Origin: the human T2T-CHM13v2.0 reference genome, Homo sapiens
NCBI RefSeq assembly: GCF_009914755.1
Contig: NC_060929.1
Strand: one strand, 5' to 3'
Length of the DNA stretch: 64,000 bases
Below, one piece after another: positions 58,231-64,000 of this stretch; position 1 is the stretch's first letter; every line of letters begins with the position of its first letter. Under the pieces are notes generated by a model that was not told the DNA's origin, did no database searches, and saw only the letters and a list, made by a program, of their open reading frames with translations. A program made the position numbers and the translations under genes.

Positions 58231-58986
58231 TCCTAAATCCTTTTTAAAAGGGAGGGAATGTGGTCCAATAGAAATGATGTTAGACTTGGGTCTCAGGGCC
58301 AGTTGTACGATACCTGAGGATCTGTTCTCTTGACTGTTCTCTTTGCCCATCTCATGGGGTTGCTTTAAGAGTCAAATGAGAATAAATATGAAAGTGTCTT
58401 AATAACAGCAGCTGATAGCTGTCCTTTATGGTTTATAAAATTGGTGCAGACAGTGCTCTAAATGTAAGCAGATAAGTCTAGAGTTCAGTAATTCAGAAAC
58501 TTTAATTACACAAGAATTGTCAAGACATGGACACTGTGGGCATAAGTTTGTCTGTGTGGGGATGGGGGTGGGTTCTGGTTGTCAAAGGTCTGACACCAGA
58601 AGAAGGAACACATGTTCCAATCTACCTGCAGATGGGTCAGATCCTTCTCATGGGTGATGATCCCAGGCGAGGCTCTGTGTTCCTTAGCCTGATTCCCTTG
58701 AGGGTTGTGGACCTGATTGATTCCAGCAGGTGGATTGTGACTATAGGACCCGGCCTAGTTTTGTCCACCTTTTCCACAGTGAGACTTTAATCCCCACATG
58801 AGGGTGAAGGGCCTGACCTATGGAGCAGATTTCGGAGACTCAACCATTATCTGCCTACCTCCTGTCATTGGTGGCTTAGTTTTCTTAACACTATGTTCTG
58901 CTTTTGGATGGGATTCAGCTAATATCAAACCATTTTCTAAACAATGCTTCAGGTTTTTAAACTTCTGAGATTCTATGTCTTAGACC

Positions 58987-59175
58987 ACTGGTCCTCAAAA
59001 TATATAGTCCCTGAATCAGTAGTATCAACATCCCCTGGGAACTTGTTAGAAAGGCAAGTTTTGGGGTCCCGGTCCAGATCTACTGAATCAGAAACTCTGG
59101 GGATAGAATCCAGAAGTCTGTATTTTAACAAGCCCTTCAGGGGATTCCTATGCTGATTAAGGTTTGAGAGCGCTG
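58987..59175 (+). mobile_element. MER5A (hAT-Charlie)
   Basis: tactgaatcagaaactctgggg...ttttaacaagccct...gtttgaga. Confidence 0.85.
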
Positions 59176-60079
59176 TCTTGGACTGTCTGGTTGCCCTCTG
59201 TGCAGGCAATTTAGGCCACATCACCTCCTCCTTCTCCCTGTCCTAGTCACAGAGAAGGGTTTCTGCTTGATGTCAGCTTGCACTGCATTTCTACCAGCCT
59301 GTTGTTAAAATCCATCAAAAGGATCACCACTGTATCTATATATAAATAGTCTAGGTTAACAACAACAAAAAAGAATCATAAAAAGAAAAGTAAATAGTCT
59401 AGGTTAAGAGTACCGCAGGGGCATGTTGACCCACATATTTTGATGCTCTAATTTACAGATGTCCATCCTGATCTGAATTAACTGGGCACTTATATTGCAA
59501 TGACACATAACATACAGTTCCTTCAAAAATGAAAGAAAGGCCACTGAAGATGTTGGACTTGGGGTGAGGGGGCACAAAGGGCGGGAAGTCAGTTAGGGTA
59601 ATAGCCTATTTCACACGTAAGATAACTTTCCTGTACTTTCTTCTTTTCTCCTCTTCGTTTTCCTTCTAGTTGTGTTTTCCTTTCTTCTCACAGGAACAGA
59701 TGAGTAGTCTGACAATGTTATTAGCCAATGAAAAAAAGAGAACATTACCTTATTTATAGACTTTTGGCATTAATATCCAGAGGTTTAAATGTGAAAGCTA
59801 AGGTGGGGCTTCATGTGTTCTACTTAATTTCCTCAGGAATAACAAAATGGGAGCTACAATACATCTTTGTTTAGCTGCTATGGTTTTCATTAAATTTAAT
59901 TAAGTCTCCCAGAAGCTTTAAATTTAGGCCACTTCAAAATGCAGGTGGCTTCTGTTAAATGTAATTATATTCCCTTTATAGCTGCCATGGTTTGGGAAAG
60001 CTGAGCTGTCAGACTTCAAATCTTTAATGAGTTCACCAGTGCTTTGGTTTCAGAATCCATTTCCAAGCAAAGCTTTGAT

Positions 60080-60195
60080 TTCCCTCCCTCTCTCCTTCCC
60101 TTCTTCTTCCCCTCCCTTCCTCCTCCTTCCCTTCTTTCTTCCTCCTTTCCTCCCTCCCTTCCTTCTTTTCTCCCCCCTTTCTTCCTTTCCCTTTT
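60080..60195. repeat. CT-rich polypyrimidine low-complexity tract
   Basis: Direct reading. Confidence 0.9.
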
Positions 60196-63009
60196 GCAGA
60201 AGGCTGAGGCTAATATGAATCTAGCAAAAGCTTACAACCTCACTAATGAACTGAGGTCAACACTTCAGAGGTTAGTTCTCCCAGAGGTATTCTAAGCCAG
60301 TCTGGTTGACCAGCGGGGCAGGTGTATGAGGCAGGCAGGGGTCCTTGAGTTCAGTAGGTTATCTGTCCAAAGAGCCAAGGGGCCACAAGTCTGGCAGGGA
60401 TGAGAACAAATGTCTGGCGCTGCCTTAACAGCAACCACCGCTGCCAGAGTGGATGGGGACTTACATGCACGGAGCTCCCCTTCACCTTCTGTTTAATCCT
60501 TTTTCCTTTGATCCAAGTACATCCTTTTTATTTTTAGATTTAGAAAGGAGTTAGTGCTAATTTCTTGTGAAGTTAGTACAATAACATTGCAGAAAGCCTC
60601 TGATCAGTGTTTCCCAATGACAAATTGAGTCACAAAAAGTAACTTGCTCAAGTCACACAGAATAGAATCTCAGTTTTCTGAACCCCCATCTATGTGCAGT
60701 CCTGCAAATTGAGGTGGGCTTAGGGAGTAGGAGGAGGAGGATGAGGAGTTATTAACAAGCTAGAGGGTGCAAAACTTTTTTCAGGATCCAACGTTTTCAT
60801 ATGAAAACAGTTCCTCCTCAGAGATCCCAGAACAACTATTTTCTGTAATTGTGCTGAAGTTTCATCTCAGCATTTCTGTCACCTACCTAAGAGCATAATA
60901 TATCATTGTAAAGGTAATGAGAGAAGGTTGTCATGAGTTTGCTAAAGTTCAAATATTTTTGTATTCTTGATATCAACTACATTTCCCTGCGTCTGAATAT
61001 AGATTATCTAGGTCAATGCAATTTATTTGCAGGTAAACAATTTTCTTTTAAAGTTGCAAGCAGATTTCTGTACTACTTTTGTACACTTTAATTCCAACTA
61101 TAATGTGGCACACATTTAATGACATGCATAATTGTTATTGTGAATTGTGGTCACTGGGGAAAAATGGCAAGGAGTTGAAATAAACTGTTTTAATTGGTGG
61201 TATTTCTACACAGCCAAGCAAATCAAATGTGTAAGTTTTATTTCTCTTTGATAGCTGTTCATTATCTATAATCAGCATTACTGTAATCGATTTTTCAATA
61301 TTATCAATTTTTATTTTATTCATACAAAGTAAAAACATTTCTCTCCAATTCAGGATTGAATATGGACTAGGTATTAGATGATATCACGGAATTTTATTAA
61401 GTATAGTAATAAAAATTCTATTTTATTTTGGTGTTGTAATTATGTAAAAAATCCTCATGTTATATAAAAGCACACTGAATTTTATAGCATTGAAGTGATA
61501 TGATAGTTGTTTATACTACTCTCTCTACTTTTGTGCATATTTGAACATTTTCATAATAAAAAGTTAGCCCCCTCATATATGTGCATGCTATAATGCAAAG
61601 CATGGATCTAATCCACGCATATATGAGGTTGCAGTCATGGGCCCTGTATTCAAGATGGCAGTCATTGCTGGTTCTCCCATAGCGCCTTCTTAGGACTGTT
61701 CTGCTCAGGCTCTTTTTTTGCTTTTTTCTTTTACTCAGCATAATTCTTAGGTTCCCATCACCCAGGCTCTTGATATCAATTTAACACTAAATTCTCTTCC
61801 CTAACACCCTGAATTCCAGGACATAGCAGATTCAGGTAAAAGGCCCTGCTGTGGCCTTAGACCTAAGCTATGTTTTCCAATTCTGTTTACCAGAGCCCCT
61901 CATTTAGGGAAATCACTTGGCATTTGTGTCACCTAGCAAAGGCTATTGACAGAGTGACCTAGGGAAGTCTGAGAAATGCCAGCGCTACTTCCCAGTTTTT
62001 GTGACAACCAGAATGACCCCCAGATGTCCAAATTGGCCCAGGCCCCTGGCATGTGGGTAGCTAGTTCTAGGGTGGGTAGGGCTGAGAGGATGGGAAAGAA
62101 GGAGCAGTCTCTGCACTCAGACTGAGACTGCGTGAAAGCTGGGCTCCTCATGCTGGGGAAGGAAGGGTTCCAGTCCCTCAAGCTGTGTTTATGGCATGCC
62201 ACTTGCCCCTGGCTCATGCCTTCCACCCACCATTTCCCCCTCCATCTCCAGAAAATCGTTAAGCGCTCCCTACACATTTTCCCTTCATCTACTTGCTGAT
62301 GGGCAAAATGCCTGTAAGGAGAGAATACATTTTAATCAGCAGTCATTGATGAAATATATAAAAGCAAACAGTGGTTGAAACGAAGCACTGGAATTCCTTT
62401 GCCCCGAAGGCTAATCAGTCCTCAAGTATTTAGTGGCGATATCAGAGCTTCTCCTAATGATAGGGAAAGAAGGTGGTGGGGATGGTGCATGGATTTTCTT
62501 CTAGAAAGCAGAAGAGGCTGCTCTGACTCTCCTCTGTGGACTCACAAAGACGGTTCTCACTTCTCTGGCCCTTTTTGCCTAAGGCAAGGAAGACCTGAGG
62601 GGAAGCCCGAGGTGTGCTTTTGAAGCACAGAGGATCCTTGCTGTATTTGGCCTATGGAAATAAATGTAATGGCTTTGGAGTATGAAGTTTTCCTTTCTCC
62701 AAATGCGACTGGGGAGGGGGTCTCAGAGCTTCGGAGAAGGCAAGTGTAAATTAGGAAGGCTGGCACATGTTCTCTTTGTACTTAGGTGCTAGGATGGTCA
62801 CCTCATTTGGATATTGTAACAATTGAGTTTTTATCTCTGGTTGTGTTATATAGAGACTGGGGTTGCATACGTAAAACAGCTGAGCTATGATTCCTAATAT
62901 GGGTGCTTGTGTTTTTAAATCCTTGCTCTTTGCTATAAATTAACTCTAATTGTTAATGTGCTTTGATACTGTCTTAAGCTGTGTTTGTTGTGAGAAGATA
63001 ATTCAGAAA

Positions 63010-63575
63010 GAATTTTTAAAATTTCTATATCTTTGGGGATACAAGTGGTTTTTGGTTACATGGATGAGTTCTATAGTGGTGAATTCTGAGATTTTAGTGC
63101 ACCCAGCACCCAAGCAATGTATGCTGTACCCAATACGTAGTCTTTTATCCCTCAGCACCCTCCCAACATCCCCATGCTGAGTCCCCAAAGTCCATTATAT
63201 TACTCTGTATGTCTTTGCTTCCTTATAGCTTAGCTCCCACTTAGAAGTGAGAACATAAGGTACTTGGTTTTCCATTCCTGTGTTACTTCACTTAGAATAA
63301 TGGCCTCCAACTCCATCCAAGTTGCTGCAAAAGCCATTAATTCATTCCTTTTCATGGCTGAATAGTATTCTATGGTGTTATATACCACATTTTCTTTATC
63401 CATACCTTGGCTGCTGGGCACTTAAGTTGTTTTCACATCTTTGCCATTGCAAATTGTGCTGCTATAAACATGAGTGTACATGTGTCTTTTTAATATAATG
63501 ACTTCTTTTCCTTTGGGTAGATACCCCCAGTAGTGGGATTGCTGGGTTGAATGGCAGATCTACTTTTAGTTCCAG
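63010..63575 (-). mobile_element. L1PB/L1MA 3' end
   Basis: ORF2 C-terminal peptide in ORF 63230..63421 (AATWMELEAIILSEVTQEWK). Confidence 0.9.
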
Positions 63576-64000
63576 AAAGGATTTTTTTTTTAAATAAAGA
63601 TTACCCATGACTACTACCTGAGCTATCTTACATACAGGATTAGACACAAGGTAATCAATACATAATTTTGCTTCATGACCAAAATAACAGTGCCTCATAC
63701 AAAATGTCCTTTGTGCCAAGGACTGTAACAGAGCCTAAGTTATATTTTAAGTGTACTTGTAAGTGGCTTGAAATGAGAAGGGATAAATCAAGTTGGCTAT
63801 AAAGGGGACATGAGTCTCAGCCTTATCTTCTCTCAGTCTTAGCCTTATCCTTACTCCTGTCATTCTGCAGTCCCCATTTCAGGCATGAGCTCATTGAGGA
63901 CACGTTGTAGCCTCTCTGAATTGTTCACAAGCTATTAAAGTATTTGCAGTGGTGAAAGCTAATATCAGACACTTCACCTCCCTATGATTTTGGAGATGTT

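Overview
Human (or near-identical great-ape) genomic DNA, AT-rich and repeat-dense; it is not prokaryotic. Bases 1-~31.2 kb hold the 3' part of HSD17B4 (peroxisomal D-bifunctional protein/MFP-2) on the + strand. Eight coding exons (17-24 in standard numbering) with GT-AG boundaries encode the end of the hydratase-2 domain, the SCP2-like domain and the PTS1 signal AKL. This haplotype reads Trp511 and Val559. Downstream lie two processed pseudogenes on the - strand (RPL21 and FABP5) and intergenic DNA full of L1, Alu, LTR (LTR12C, MER21, MER51, LTR47-like, MLT2A) and hAT (MER58, MER5A) elements. I found no convincing new gene family. The main leads are: (i) a sense LTR12C in intron 17 followed by an ATG|GT donor in frame with exon 18; (ii) an inverted pair of young L1 ends flanking an in-frame 618-nt exon block; (iii) several templated-insertion/repair scars; and (iv) a candidate poison micro-exon. 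Repeat subfamily names, pseudogene numbers and variant IDs come from recall and were not checked by any search.
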